Shown: positions 36,760 to 50,809 of the stretch, one piece after another
How positions within the stretch are numbered: the first letter of the stretch is position 1
Layout: the number at the start of each line of letters is the position of its first letter
Source: Negaprion brevirostris
Taxonomy: Eukaryota
Reading direction: 5' to 3'
Length of the DNA: 64,000 bases
NCBI GenBank assembly: GCA_030324005.1
Contig: JARDVH010000084.1
Span: forward strand, 39,142,465-39,206,464
The notes under the pieces: model-generated
The model's input: the letters and a program-made list of their open reading frames with translations, nothing else
What the model was told of the DNA's origin: nothing
The model's database searches: none
Position numbers and translations under genes: made by a program

Positions 36760-37675
36760 CCACAGCCCATGTATAAACAGATTATACTGATATATATTCT
36801 TCCTCAAAAGCTGCATTCCAAAATGTTGTACTAGAACTGTATGATTAATCACATATCTATGCAAATACTAAATGTGAATGGCTTTATAACCAATTTCTCT
36901 TGATTCTGGAATTGCAAGCCACAAGACAACATCAGCCAGTGTTAAACACAATTCAATAATAGTCAATATCCCTGTTGTTTAGCAAATCCATATTATTATT
37001 CTTCATGTTGTCCAAACTGTCGTACATTGCAAGATCTGAGCATTTTATCATATTGTCTTCTCTGTTGCAAAGTTGTAAATAAAGTTAGTTCAATAATGGC
37101 TGCCTGCAGTTGAGGATGTAGTCATCATACTCTGTGCAATACACAACCAAAAGATGACAACAAGACTGGGTTAGAATTTTCTTCACATTTAATTTAAGAA
37201 ATTAAGGACAAAACAAAATTGTGACACATTTTGGAACCCCTAATGTCGAAGAAGTTAGAGCAATTTGAAAGATTGCTTTATGTACACATCATGAGTCAGT
37301 ATTGCAATTAATTGCAAAATTGGTACAGATGGTATAATTGGGGACAACGGGGAAATTCAACCCTAACTTGGAAGACTGGTGTAATTACATATTTGGCTGA
37401 AAGGGAACAAAATCGTAGATGAGGAAGAACGAAATGTTTTCCTCATCATGAGGGGCCAGAGGCTTTTGAGTTGGTATCTAGCTGGCTGATGTTGTTCTGG
37501 GGCTTGCAATTCCAGAATCAAGGGAAACTTGTTATGAAGCCATTCACATTTAGTATTTACACAGACATGTCAGCAGTCATACAGCTCTAATACAACATTT
37601 TGGAATGCAGCTTTTGAGAAAAAATGGGTGACAATATAATCTATTTATGTCTGAGAGACCCCAGAGCTGTGGATT
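36760..37675. repeat. Inverted repeat, arms ~36760-36940 and ~37479-37675
   Basis: ctcaaaagctgcattccaaaatgttgta...ttgattctggaattgcaagcc..caacatcagccag and its reverse complement; high identity over ~140 bp core. Confidence 0.85.
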
Positions 37676-38960
37676 ATTCTGAAATTAATGAGATTCTGGA
37701 CTCGTTCTAGCACAACCAAGAATGAGATTACACTGGGCACATGCTCCATCAAAGGAAATAGATGCTGAGCGACACAGTTATAGATTACACTTTCAAATTA
37801 AATAAATTCTCTTGTCACACAGTATGGCACAAACTTAGAAATCAATCGTTGAGACAGGTTTACTGGAGGCCTAAAGAACAATAAAATCCAGGCCAAGCTT
37901 CTGAGCAGAGGCAATGAGCAGATGTCAAAGGATGGTTGTACTACAGCCAGAACTATGAAAACGTGATGGCTACAAATTGCAAGGGAGTCTGTTTCCTGAT
38001 TCAGCAGAAGAGGTCCACCAGATTTTAGCAGGATCCAGCCAAGTTCAGTTTCAGAGACAGAAATTTAGATGTTACCACTGCCATGATAACCACCAACCAA
38101 TTAAATGCCTAAATTTCAAGCCAAAATGGACAAGTCTGTCACGCCGGGATGGCATCAAGGTTTAGAGGAAACAATCACGTCCCAGGTCACGGGCAGGCAT
38201 CAGGTCAAGGGCATGACAGATCTAAAACTAGTTTGGGAGTCTGTAAATCCTCAAATGTATATATGATAGATAATGGAAACAGAAATAAATGTTATCAAGC
38301 AAGAAGGTCAAAAGTTGTATTTTGTCAGACAGCAAGAAAAACAGAACATGAGAGATGAGAATAATAGGCCGAACACATAACTCCAATGCCTACAGCAGAA
38401 ATGAAAGTCAGAGATTCACAATTGTTGATAAGAGCTGTAAGGGTGTTATTTCAGAAAGAGTGTACAAAAAAAATCTCAAGTCACTTTCCTTAATGCAAAA
38501 CTGATGTGAAATTGATTAATTATTCCAATAACAGTGTTCCAGTGCTCAGTCAAGTTAATGTGAAGGTGGAATTTGATGAAATATCCTAATAGTTGCCATC
38601 GGCAGGAGTAGGAGGGAGCAAAGTCTACCTGATAGAAAGGGAAAGCACAACGTGGTCTTTGAACAGGGAGAACCAAATGACAAATTAGCCATATGTTCTT
38701 CCAAGATTTCCAATTATGATGGATTCATTTCTAGCCATTGACCTACTTAATTACTTTAGACGCAGAAATGTCATACCTGAGAACGCCAGACAAATTAGTG
38801 AAGAAACTCACAATGGTGTGGTACTCAGTAAAATGCTCACTTTATGTCATGAATGAGAGATGATTAAAAATTGCATGAGTATTTCAGTCACAGAGATGAA
38901 CTGAGTGTAGATCAAGCTGTGTCCAATGTCACCAAGATTTGGAAAGCGAAATCGTTCAAG
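37230..38960 (+). mobile_element. Degenerate Gypsy-type gag and pol fragments
   Basis: GKFNPNLEDW, GPEAFELV, RDRFTGGLKNNKIQAKLLS and zinc knuckle CYHCHDNHQPIKC. Confidence 0.6.
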
Positions 38961-39720
38961 GAACTTCATCAAGAGTTAAATTGTCTCTTAGTGTCAGGGG
39001 ACTTATAAGGTAAATGCATGGCTGTTACAGGGATCAGGCCTGGGTGCGTTTGCAGTGAGTTCAGATTTGTTGGGCCGAATGGCCTCCTTCTGCACTGTAG
39101 GAATTGTATGATTTTATACTGCTTTCATTAAAAATTCAAGGCCATTTCAAATTTGCTGATAAGTGGCTGTAGAAAACTTCCTATGACAAACAGAGTCTTC
39201 CACTAAAACAATGCAAATATGGTCACATTTCAGCTAATAGCAAATAAAGTCATAATTTCAAGAAATTTCATGCACCTTAGAAAAATAATTTGCTAATGTT
39301 CCAAGTTTTGTGCTGAAATATAAAACATTTGGGCTTTTTAGAAATGGGAGAGCCATCAAATTTAATCTTTTAGTTTTTATTGTATTTTACACATGTTGAA
39401 GGTACTCAGATGAAATTGTAATCATTACCTATTCTACCAATGAAAGGATTAACTTGTCACTTCAAATTAAATGGTAAATGAACATATTTCAAATGAAGGA
39501 CTTTACTGAAATATTGTGGTCTCTTATGCAGAAAAAAGCCAAAACAATTACTTCAGTTATATTTCAAATGCATTCAATTTTGGAAAATCTATAGATATCC
39601 TTGGTAACAAAATAAATTCCAAGTTTTTGTCTTGCACAAGCATTTTCATAGAAGTAGAAATTCTTTTATAACCATGAAGTAATTAAGTTTTTGTATTTCA
39701 TGAACATTTTTGCTGCTTAC

Positions 39721-39930
39721 CACCATTGGTTTGCAGATGCCAAGGCGGACTTTGCCAGTCGGAGCGTCTTTCAGAGCCTGAACAGCTTCCCCCAAAGCAG
39801 TATTCTCTAGATTGTGGTCATTGACAAAGACGAGCCGATCCCCGGGTAGCACCCTGCCATCACATTCAGCAACCCCACCAACCACCAAAGAGCGGATAAC
39901 AATAACAGTACGTGCGGGATCTAAAGGATC
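39721..39930 (-). CDS. PATJ: PATJ-like exon, C-terminal part of PDZ5 ([70 protein letters not shown])
   Basis: ctgcag|GAT acceptor and GTG|gtaagc donor; 210 nt, phase 0/0. Clear PDZ motifs. DPLDP and GICKP match recalled PATJ PDZ5 rather than MPDZ (DPIDP...GVAKP). Confidence 0.92.
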
Positions 39931-40708
39931 CTGCAGAGGGAGCCAAAGACCAGAAGAAGTAAGTTAGATTATAAAGAGATTTAAAGCAAGCTCAGACAAA
40001 GGTACACAGCACACATAAAATGCACCCATAGCTATAAGAATATATTAATTCCACATGCTTTTGTTGTAATGCACTTTACCAAGGCATTAATCAACAAATA
40101 TTCCTTGGAAAGTGTATACTTTCCAGATCGTTTATTTTGCATAAGCATGCCAGACTAACAAAGCCATTGTTAAGTTCAGCACTTCTTGTGAAAAGGAGAA
40201 CCAAATGCTTAACAATATTAATAACATCAAACAACATCTATCGGTCAAGGAAAAATGCCAAAAAGGAAATTCAAGCAAGCATAAGGTACGCTGTGTCACT
40301 GTACCAGCAGTGTCACTGAATTATAATATGTAATTCAACATGCAATTAGCTCCTAGTCATAGCAATACCATTAGAGAAGAACTACGCTCTCTCAGGAAAG
40401 AAGGGGGTTACTAAAGGGGCAGTCCTCAACTCGAATCACCTATGCCTTGCTGCGCTAGGGACCCAGGTTGAATTCCCATCTTGGGTCCCGGCAGAGACAT
40501 GTGTAATAAAGTTATTAAACAAAAGCTGCAGTAACTATTACAAGTTACAAGGCAACAGTCATTCGTAAAAAGAGACTGTGTCAGGGACAGCAAGCAGCTC
40601 CTGGTGAAAATATGGTTCAAACAGCTTCTCCTGATTTCACAGTGGAAAAGGTATATATTATTGTATAATACAACCAGCAGTCAATGAATAAAAGGCCAGT
40701 TACCATAC

Positions 40709-41118
40709 AAAGTTTATTTATTAGTCACAAGTAAGGCTTACATTAACATTGCAATGAAGTCACTGTGAAATTCCCCTAGTCGCCACAATCCAGTGCCTGN
40801 NNNNNNNNNNNNNNNNNNNNNNNNNNNNNNNNNNNNNNNNNNNNNNNNNNNNNNNNNNNNNNNNNNNNNNNNNNNNNNNNNNNNNNNNNNNNNNNNNNNG
40901 TCACTGTGAAATTCCCCTAGTCGCCACAATCCGGTGCCTGTTCAGGTCAATGCACCTAACCAACACGTCTTTCAGGCTGTGGGAGGAAACCAGAGCACCC
41001 AGAGAAACCCATGCAGACATAGAAATAACGTGCAAACTCCACACAGACAATGACCCAAGCCAGGAATCGAACTCAGGTGCCTGGTACTATGGCACAGCAG
41101 TGCTAACCACTGTGCCAC
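40709..41118 (-). mobile_element. tRNA-derived V-SINE (HE1-like), split by a gap
   Basis: Family match; gap flanks are duplicated. Confidence 0.8.
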
Positions 41119-43299
41119 ATGTATTTGAGCTAGCAAATGTGAAGTTCTGTTTTCCCCCAGTTAAAAGCAATGTGGGTATGCAGTACGCTAAACATAGCCC
41201 ACGCTGTACTACATAGTACAGTGCGTTTGCAGCTTCAAACGAACAGAATATTGCACTCTCTGCAACCATATTTCAGGAAACAAAAAGCATCAAAAATAAC
41301 CAACATGGAAAAAAGTATCCATGCAATATAACATTAATAAATTTGACTTGTTCTTATAGGTGGAGATCACAGTTTCCCACATTGGGAGAAGCAGAATTAG
41401 TAGTCTGAGAAATTGGATTTTGGAACTTCCAGTAGCTCTATGTAAAACATGTAAATGTTAATAATGCAAATATTAATCATTATTATCACAAAGCCTTTGT
41501 TAATTACTTATTATTCCATTTGCTGTATTTCTATGAAATCTTCTGAAACCAAATGTTTTTAAATGTTAATATTATTCTGTTTATGCCTATTAATATGTTG
41601 GTAAAAATAACAATATAAATTTATAACAGATAATTAATGTTTGCAAATTAACATACACTCTTTACGTTATTGGTTGACCTTCTGGATTGCTTATGAAAAA
41701 GCAACTAACCCAATCCCGTTTCTGCATTATAAAAAAGTTTTCCATTGTGACAATTGTGCACTAATAACATACGAATCCATACGAGTCACAACAGAATCAG
41801 GTCTGAAGATATCCTGTTACACATTCCCTCAGTTTATTCAAAATAACATGCACAGTCTACAAAACTGAACTACTCATGCACTGGAATCAGCTCGTAAACA
41901 TGTATGAGAAGTTAAGAAATTTACAATTCAGTTAAGTAATCTAGAAAAATATTTTTCAGACTTCTTACAGTGAAAAGGCTGATAAGATTCCTGGAATGGA
42001 AATTTTCTGAATTTTCTTATAATTTATTCCTCAATTGGACCTTGTGACTGGAAACATACTGGGCTAAAGCAACTTTTGTACTTAAGCAATTTATCAGGCT
42101 TTAACTCTAAATTAATACTTTTTCAAGTAAAAATTTGTAAAACTCCTGCGCATTCTGCCATAAAGATAAGGAAAACAGAATAGTCAGACCTCTGTGATGT
42201 GAGCTGTTAAATTTTAGCGATGTGTATATCTGTTCCGTCCACACATATATCAAAATTGTATAACGGAATATGAATACTTGTAAAAAGTCGCCAATTCTCC
42301 CAAATGTCATTACTCTTAATTGTGAATTTGGTTAACTTATAGCTAAAGTGGAAGACAGTGAATTTAAAATACAGTAAAGGTTGTCACACACTTAAAAAGG
42401 CAATTTGGTTATTGTTTGTCCTTACCGAAACAAAATTATTCTTTAAATAATGGCCTCCTGAGAAAGTCGAAACTTATTAGATGAGCGTAGGAATCTAACA
42501 GTAGGCCATTTAGCCCTGCAAGCCAATAATCAATGAGATCATGGCTGATTCTGCGACAAAGCTCCATATACCCTTCACTAGCTTTACACCACTTAGAAAA
42601 CATCCTATTGTATCCCTTCATGTCGAAAGTGGATAATGTCATAATTGTTTAATACTGAACTTCAACTGACAGTTTTGCATACTCATGTCTATCCATATCT
42701 CTTTGTAATGTTATGCTTCTATCCACACTGCTTTATACATCATCTATCTTTGAGTAATTGGCTGTAACTTTCCAGCTCCTGGCCTCAGATTTGGGTGGGT
42801 ACCCCAAGTATGTGCTGTGGAACCACTCTCAGAAGTTCCCAGCTAAGGGAAAAGATGGCAATTGCTAACTTCCTCCAGACAATTGCACTGCGCGGGGAAC
42901 CATCAAAAGCACTTCTAGCTTCAATGTAATTATTTTAAAGATCCAGACCAAATCTCCAGGGACTCCCCCCCCATCCCAAGTTATTCCCCACGCCCCACTC
43001 AATTTGACCCCCAACCCGGCCAGACCCCCAAACACATGACTCAACCCACCCCCAACGTCCGGCCCGAACCTCATCCTGTTGAATGTCCAAATCAAGAAAC
43101 CCCAGATATCCGACTAGTGACGCCTCCTCGATGACAATGCCAACTCCCCCCGATATCCAAACTCCCAGCCCTAATGTCCGACGCCCCATCATCCCACATT
43201 CCTTGCACTAACTCTGGATCTTTCCTGCTCTCTGGCCGCTTATTTTCTTTTCTTTTAAACATTTTTAAGATTTTCCATTTTACCCCAAAATCCACTGCA

Positions 43300-46200
43300 G
43301 CACAATAATCATCATTCCACTTATGCACACAGAAAAGGCTGGCAAATATCTGAACAATTGGTTTCGATTATCAATTACAATTCAGTGCCTCCCTTTGCAT
43401 GGATGACGAAAGGATATTGCAAAGAGTGGGGATATCAGGGTAAAGCCATGAGTACAATGGTGCACATCCTTGCTCACAGGATAACAAGGACCGAGCTACG
43501 TAGCATAAGAGAGCTCCTGTGGGGTTAAGTACAACCATTTGGAGTGTAAAAAGCACCCCAAAATCTCCAAACAATGAAAGGGTACCCAGAAAGAGAGAAA
43601 TATCAAGATAAACTCCAAACCCAAGACGTGGTGTTGACAGTGTACACTCTCACATACAGGATAACAGGAGCAAAGCTACACAGCCTCACAGGGAGAGTGC
43701 TGATAAAACAGAGCCCAGGTATCTAAACTTATCCTCAGCCCCACCCCAATAACAGGGCACATTCCACTAGAAGTATAATCTCCACATCTTTGAAATACCT
43801 GCTACCCTTGCCTACACAGCTTAAGAAAGTAAGTGATACTGAGACGGATGAAAGAAGAGCCAAAAAGCTAAGGATTCTAACACCCCACTTGGGCTCACCA
43901 CAAAATAAGTCTCACTCATCTCCAGTCACACTAGGGGTGCTGCTCAAGTCCCACCATCAGTCGGAAGATTGAACCTGTTTCCCCATGAAGGAGACCCCCA
44001 CCAACCAGAAGAAGGAGAACCATCGAACCATTCATTCACAAGCTAGATAATCTCAGGGAGATACAATCCTCTCCTCATGACATGATGAGGGAAACCCTGT
44101 AGGACTAAATATAACTAGTCAGAGCCATTATCATCATGCCACTTAGCCAGATAACAAGAGGAAATCTCAGAGAGAGAGGAACACCAGGATAAGACCATAG
44201 GCATAAGACATGGTTTGACAATGTATACTCTCGAATGCAGGGTATCAGGAACAGAGCTACATAATCTCAGAGGAGAAACGCAGAACCCAAGTAACTGGGC
44301 TCACACTCAGGCCCTGCAAAAAAACAAGATACTATTCTCCCAGGGGAACCAAACCCCCCAAAGGAGGGTGGACCAGAAGTCCTCAAAACGGAACGTCTCT
44401 AGGGAGGTCAACCTACTCCCTTGCCCAACATATCTTCCACAGGATCTGGGAACGGATAATCAGAGTTGCTACTGCCCTAACTTACTCAGCCAAGGAAAGC
44501 AATTACACAATTAAAAGTACTGACAGGCCAGCATGACTTACACCACCCCTGGGCTTCAATAAAGCAAACTTCCCCAATCTCCAGTCACACCAGAGGTGCC
44601 ATTCAGGATCAATAGGTTTCCAACAATCGCCCCTCCATCAAGGAGACCCTAGCAACAGAGGGAGGAGTTGTCCAGACATCCACAGCAAGGATATCCCTGG
44701 AAGGACAAGCATCTCTTCCCCCAACAAGATGATGTGCTCGCCATACACTCTCAAAGCCAAACTACTAAGTAACCATTGTTGCAACCCACTCATCCAAGGA
44801 AAACAACCCAAGAAAGGCCAGACAACCAAGGACTCCCCAACCATACTTGGGCTTGCACCAGTAAATATTTCCCCAAGCTCCTCAGAGGTGCCAACAAAAA
44901 TAAAACTCAATCTCTTCCAGGATAGACGATCTGTCTGCACCTTCACCTTTAATCCCAAAAATAACAAAAATACAAAAGAAAATCCAAAATCATTAGTTCT
45001 ATTGGAGGTTTTCCTCACCCACTATGAGAACTTATAAGGCCATACCCACCAACTCTACATCAAACCGCTTGCTCACCACCCTGCAGTGGTGCTGGTCATA
45101 TTATACATTAAAGCAAAATATATTATATCATGTAATCTTCCATTATAAATGCCATACAAAAACAAAAACAATCAATTAGTAAATTTTGCACAACCCTAAT
45201 GCCATACAACTATCCCAGCTCACTCCCCAATAGAACGATGGAAACCCATTAGCAGTCCACAAGCAAAGGAAATATCTGTGTCTTACAAACAATAGGCTGT
45301 GACAATTTAAATTTGACACAGGGCCAGAGCAAAGTGGGCAGACTCACTTACCCACCCCATTCCCCCGGAACCACAAGGGAAGACCAAGATTGAGTGTAAG
45401 TAAAACACTTAAAATCAAGGTCTTCCTCACTCCATTGTCAAAGTATACCAGTGGATAAATTCCATAATAAATAAGTGGATATCCCTGGGCTTTCAGAGGA
45501 TAATAGGATTACATATGACACATGCCTCGGTGCTCATATGTCACACCAACACCCTTGTCAAGATAAAAAGACAACATCACAAAATCAAGATTATAATCAC
45601 AAAGGAAGTAGTTCAGGCTTAATGATGAACTGCAGAATACAGACATCCACAAAGCTTGAAAAGGCCAAAGCCTTGACTGCACTGCTGAGCAACATCAAGT
45701 ATCCATCCATAGTTTCACCGAGGTCTCTAACACCTCCATTTTGTTATCGCTCAGAAGCCCCAGCAGAACAAGCGGCCTTGGCCCCAGATGAGGTCCCATC
45801 GTGTCCGGCTGCCTCAGCCCTTCTCAATAAACACTGAAGTCAAGACAATGTATGACCAGCAATTGGTATCTATAAGCCACCCCAGATCTTGAAGATCAAA
45901 TGCTGTATGTCTCTTCTGAAAAGCCCAGCTTTCAAATCATGATTACGAAACCATGGCAGCTAGTTCTCAAATTCAACAGGAAATTTATCCTCAATTCCCT
46001 TCGGGAGATCAGGCGATAGTTTCTTCAGTGGAGGCACACCTTCAGCCCTTGAAAATCCTGCTATATGGTATCTCAGATAGACATTCTGGTTAAATCGGGC
46101 AGGTGGGGCTGGAGAAGGAGTATCCGTCTTTCTGACTTACAGGATTCTTTTCTCCACTTCAACCATTTTATTTCAAATAGTTTGCAGTTTATCAATGTGA

Positions 46201-46350
46201 GCAAAACTTATTTGTGCTAAGGAGCCAAGACTATTATCCACAACCTTACTCACAATGCAGCCATCATCTTGATGTCTATAACATTGCCAGAGCACAAGTC
46301 CATTCACTAGCTAAACCACCACTGCAAACAAAGCCCCACCCTGGCAGTCT
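43300..46350 (-). mobile_element. Probable highly decayed DIRS/Ngaro-type retrotransposon
   Basis: Minus-strand fragments TDISFACGLL and GVSWD (cf. DIKSAFRLLP..LLG..W), RNase H-like FTGASPS, and pre-RT FLCDY..LDKGVGVTY. Confidence 0.4.
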
Positions 46351-46859
46351 CTGACCATCTTGNNNNNNNNNNNNNNNNNNNNNNNNNNNNNNNNNNNNNN
46401 NNNNNNNNNNNNNNNNNNNNNNNNNNNNNNNNNNNNNNNNNNNNNNNNNNNNNNNNNNNNNNNNNNNNNNNNNNNNNNNNNNNNNNNNTGTAACTTAAAA
46501 TGGGATCTTTAAACTCATCCGCTTTAGAGACGTAAAAAAAGGTGGCCTGTCCTCTTTCACTCCACTTCTTTTGGACTTTGATGCTAGAACCAGGGATGTG
46601 CTGTGCTGCCTGAATCTCACCCAGATTGAATCAGTAAGGTCAGGCAAGACAAGCACTTAAGAGCTTTAGAGCAGATAAATGGGCATGGAGTGGCAATATA
46701 ATGCTAGTTTTCACTCCAAGGTGGTTATGGCCCATTAACACAACTCTGTTTCTTTCCATTCATGGCTGAACTGGGTTCATAACTTGCATTCAACACCATG
46801 GGCTTCAACTTTAGCAAGAGTCTCTGACGAGGTGCTTGAGCAAATGTTGCCTGGAAATC

Positions 46860-47880
46860 CATCAAATAACATTTAAAGACATTCCCCTGTCCATTGCTTT
46901 AGTTACCTCTTCAAAAAATTCAATCATATTCATCAAGCATGACTAATTGTTCACAAATCAATGCTGGTACACACAGATCAGGTGGGAACTCATAAGGCGT
47001 TCAGTCACCCTGCCCTTAATTATAGAGTCTAGCAATTTCTCGATAACTGCTAACAAATCTAGAATTCCCTGATTTCCCTCCATCGCCTTTCTTATATAAT
47101 GGGAGTGCCATGTGCAATTCCCCAATCTAAAGGAATGATTCCTATGTCAGGAGAACTTTGGAAAGTTAAAGTATAGTCAGGACATCTGCAATGTTCACAT
47201 CCATCTCTTTTCAAACCCTGAGATAGAAACCAATGGATGTGGCACCACTTTGTTGTGCCATTAATTTCTCCATTACTGTTACCTTGTTTATGTTAATTTT
47301 GTTGAGTCCACGATTCAATGATCATTCTCATGGGATGCCTGACATCTCTTTTTCAACTGCAAGTACTGACACAAAGTAATACTTTAGCATGTCCACCATT
47401 TCTTTATTTTCATTGAAACTGATAATTGTGATTTTGTCAAAGTTCCCTCATCATCCTATGTTCCCAATTTAATTGGAAAAATTTTGTGTTGATTTTAATG
47501 TCCCTTGTAAAGTTCCTTTCGTACTGTGTTTTTATAGTTTATACAATCCCTTTCGTCCTTTTGTATTTTTCCCAGCTTCCAGGATCTGTGACGTTTTCTC
47601 AATTTTTATTTATTTTTTCTTTTACTTTGATGTTGTCTCTTACCTAAGTATCCATGGGGGTGATATTTTTTGGCAAGAACTCTTGCCCATTAGGGATATA
47701 AACTGGTTCTGCAACACATTTTTTGCATACCTTCCATTAATAATCTGTTGTTTAACTCATTAATATAGTTGTCTTTTGATGTGATCCAACTGAAGTCATC
47801 TTTACCTAAATCTAGAGTTTCAGTAGCTGTTTCATATTTCTCCCTTTCAAATACTACCCTGAATTTGATGACACAATTGT
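46860..47880 (-). mobile_element. Old CR1 LINE ORF2 fragment
   Basis: Degenerate match to the RT-upstream region of the 27618-29475 element. Confidence 0.5.
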
Positions 47881-50809
47881 TATTTGATAAATGTTGTAAC
47901 TTAAATTATAAATGAGTGCTAACTAAAAAAGCAGAGTCACATTCATAAAACAAAAAGATTCAACTGCCAAAATCCTTGCACTGCACATTATCCCAAACTT
48001 AAAAAGTGGTCAAAAGATCTGCGCTCAAACTGATGCTGCTGCTGTACAGAAACATATCAGTTGAAGAGGCACAATGGTGTCTGAGGGTAACTGTCCAGGC
48101 AAACTTTTCTTCCTGCAGGCACTTGTGCACATGCATCCACTGCTCTAACCTAAACTCTAAATCATGACAGAACAGCTGTGATTGGTCATTGACGAATTGA
48201 CAGCTTGCAAGCATCCTGTTACCACGTGGCACAATGTGTTTCTGGTCCAAAAACTTGCAGAAATCACAACTCTCTGGGCTGCAACATTCTCAAAATCTGA
48301 TGTGGTTCAATATAAAGCTCTTTTTTGGCTTTATCGTTATTGTTGCGTCATTAGATTGGGCAATACCATGAGATATAATTCTCTGTATCAATCGCATCTA
48401 CATTATTTGTATATATCAATGACTATTCTCAACATAAATCAAAAGCATGTCACACACAAAAAAAAATCAGTTGCCTAATCAAACTCACAATAAAATATAT
48501 TTTTGCCAATTGACTTGTTGGAACTGCTTCAAAGAATGGGTTTAAAAGTTGCATGTGAGCAAAATTTCCTATTCTTTCAGTAGGCAAATGTAATTTTCAG
48601 ATATGCCTTATGTAAATTCCATCTATAATGGATGCTGCAATTATATTTCCCTTCATCTGATTTACAGAACACAAAATATTGGTTTAACATTTCAACACAT
48701 TGGCCCAGATTTCACTTGGAAAATAATGAAGAGTTTTATGTGCATGCTGTTATAAGTTATAAATAACCCAGCAATTTATGGTGTGAAAGGGACACACCTC
48801 GTTGCAAATCACCACAAATTGCTGGACTATTTGAGCAGCTAACTTAACATGAACATCTTGAAAATGACAGCTCAGCACCAAACTTCTTGCATGTTTCAAG
48901 AATTTACTGCATTTATGCATTTAAAATAAATTAAAATCACCACAGAGTTAGGGTTTAGACTGAACAACATAACAATCCATTTGATGATAAGATTTATGAT
49001 CCTGACACGCCACTCAGTCCCTCCAGTCAAGAAGAGAAACAATTGAAACTTTAGAGTCTTACTTCTGCATTTAACAAACTGCTTTTAGAAATGTCTAAAA
49101 TGTGCATGTTATTTTTTTTAAAATTTATATCTTTTTATCTCTCTTAATACAATCTTCTTTCCCTGTGCTTTATTTGTCTCTAACACACTCTATTTACCTT
49201 TCAATCTCTACTCTTTTCCTCTATCATCAAATCACATTGGTTAATCAGGTAAGCCACTGGTTCCATCAATCACCAAAATCTTAGATGTCCCAGAATCAAC
49301 TGCACTACCAGTAAATTGCTGTGCAAAACATTTTCAAGGTGAAAAGTGGAGAAAGGATTCTTATAAATGGTCTGTGCTTCAGGAAATTATGAGTTGTGCA
49401 GTCACTAGTAGGCCTCCCATTATGGACTCAAAGACCCTGCCATAGAACAATTGAAAAAGTTAACATTCTACTGAAAAGTTAATATTCTGCTGAAATCCTA
49501 TTTTTCATATCGAATACTTGACAAAGTTTTAAAAATGCCACAAATTATTCATGTCACCCACATAAAAAATTATAGTGGGAGTTTTATTTCTGAAATAATT
49601 TGCTCATTAAAATTAAAAAAAACAAAAGGGAAAAAATGAAAAGCATTTCAATGATGCTTACAAGTCCTCTTTAAGTATGTGTTTTTTGTAAGGTAATGCT
49701 CATACTATCCAGATGGTAAATACAAAAAGAAAATACACTCTGTTTTACAGCTGGTGTCAATCACATTCTCTGGACCCCGGGGAAATGGTCTGCATACAGA
49801 AAGACAGCATTTCATCTGGAACATGCGCTTAAATGCATAGTTAATTTGTATTGAAAACTTTACTCTGTGCTAAATAAAGTACAATTTATAGGAAATGTCT
49901 TTATTCCAAGGTTATTATAACCTTGTTGACCAGTTTAAATTACAAGCAACTTAAATTTTCCACTGTATTATGAATGATCTAAATTGAATTATTAAGGTCA
50001 GAATATTCTGTTTCTTCAGTTAACTCTTAAAAGTTTGAGTAACGGGTATGCTTGCAGCACTTTCAACAAAAAAAGGAAAACTTGCTGCACAGATTCAATT
50101 ACACAATGAACTAAGTTTGACACTTCTGGCAGCAATAGTTATGTCTTCTAATTCCAAAATTATGATAGTTCTCTCATTAATTGTTCTTAAATTATTTTCC
50201 CGTCATTTAATTTATCATTTTCAATGCTATTCTTTTTCAGCTTTTTCCCTACAAATCATCACAAAAGTAATATATTTTATCGTCATACTTTCTCAATTCC
50301 TAATTTCCAGCTTCAGAGTTCATAATAGTAGAATTCAGAGTTCCTTATACTTTTAAGTTTCTTTGTTATGCAATGTTTTTGAATATGTTTAAAATCTTTT
50401 ATATTTCTTTGTATTGGCCATACCTATTTGGCAGAACTGTCATCAAAATCTTTGGTCAGAAGCTGTTTTCTATCCAGCCAGAGTACATCCAAAAATTAAA
50501 CAAGTACCAGAAGTCAAAACCTTGTGTTTAAAAACAGCTTCTAGCTTGGCAAACAAATAAAAATTGAAACAAATCAGTTAGCCAAATTCTACAGTTTACT
50601 TTAATATGTGATCCTACCACAAATGATACAATTTTAAGTAACTAAACATTCTTTTCAAAAGATGTAATTTAATAACAGACCAAATTAGTTAAGCCAACCA
50701 AGCTTACACGTCATACAGACCCCACGCAAACATGAAATGCTACACATAAATTGTTTAGAAACCAATGTGACTTTTTAATAAATGAAACAATAGAAATATA
50801 GAAAGCTTA

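Noticed and set aside
699-39930. Assignment of the gene as MPDZ
   Set aside because: Domain count and VELWREP/IKHVL are MPDZ-like, but most diagnostic motifs ([39 protein letters not shown]) match PATJ. Not excluded without phylogeny.
42950-43200. C-rich quasi-repeats with Gly/Trp-rich ORFs
   Set aside because: Low-complexity sequence with no splice or homology support.
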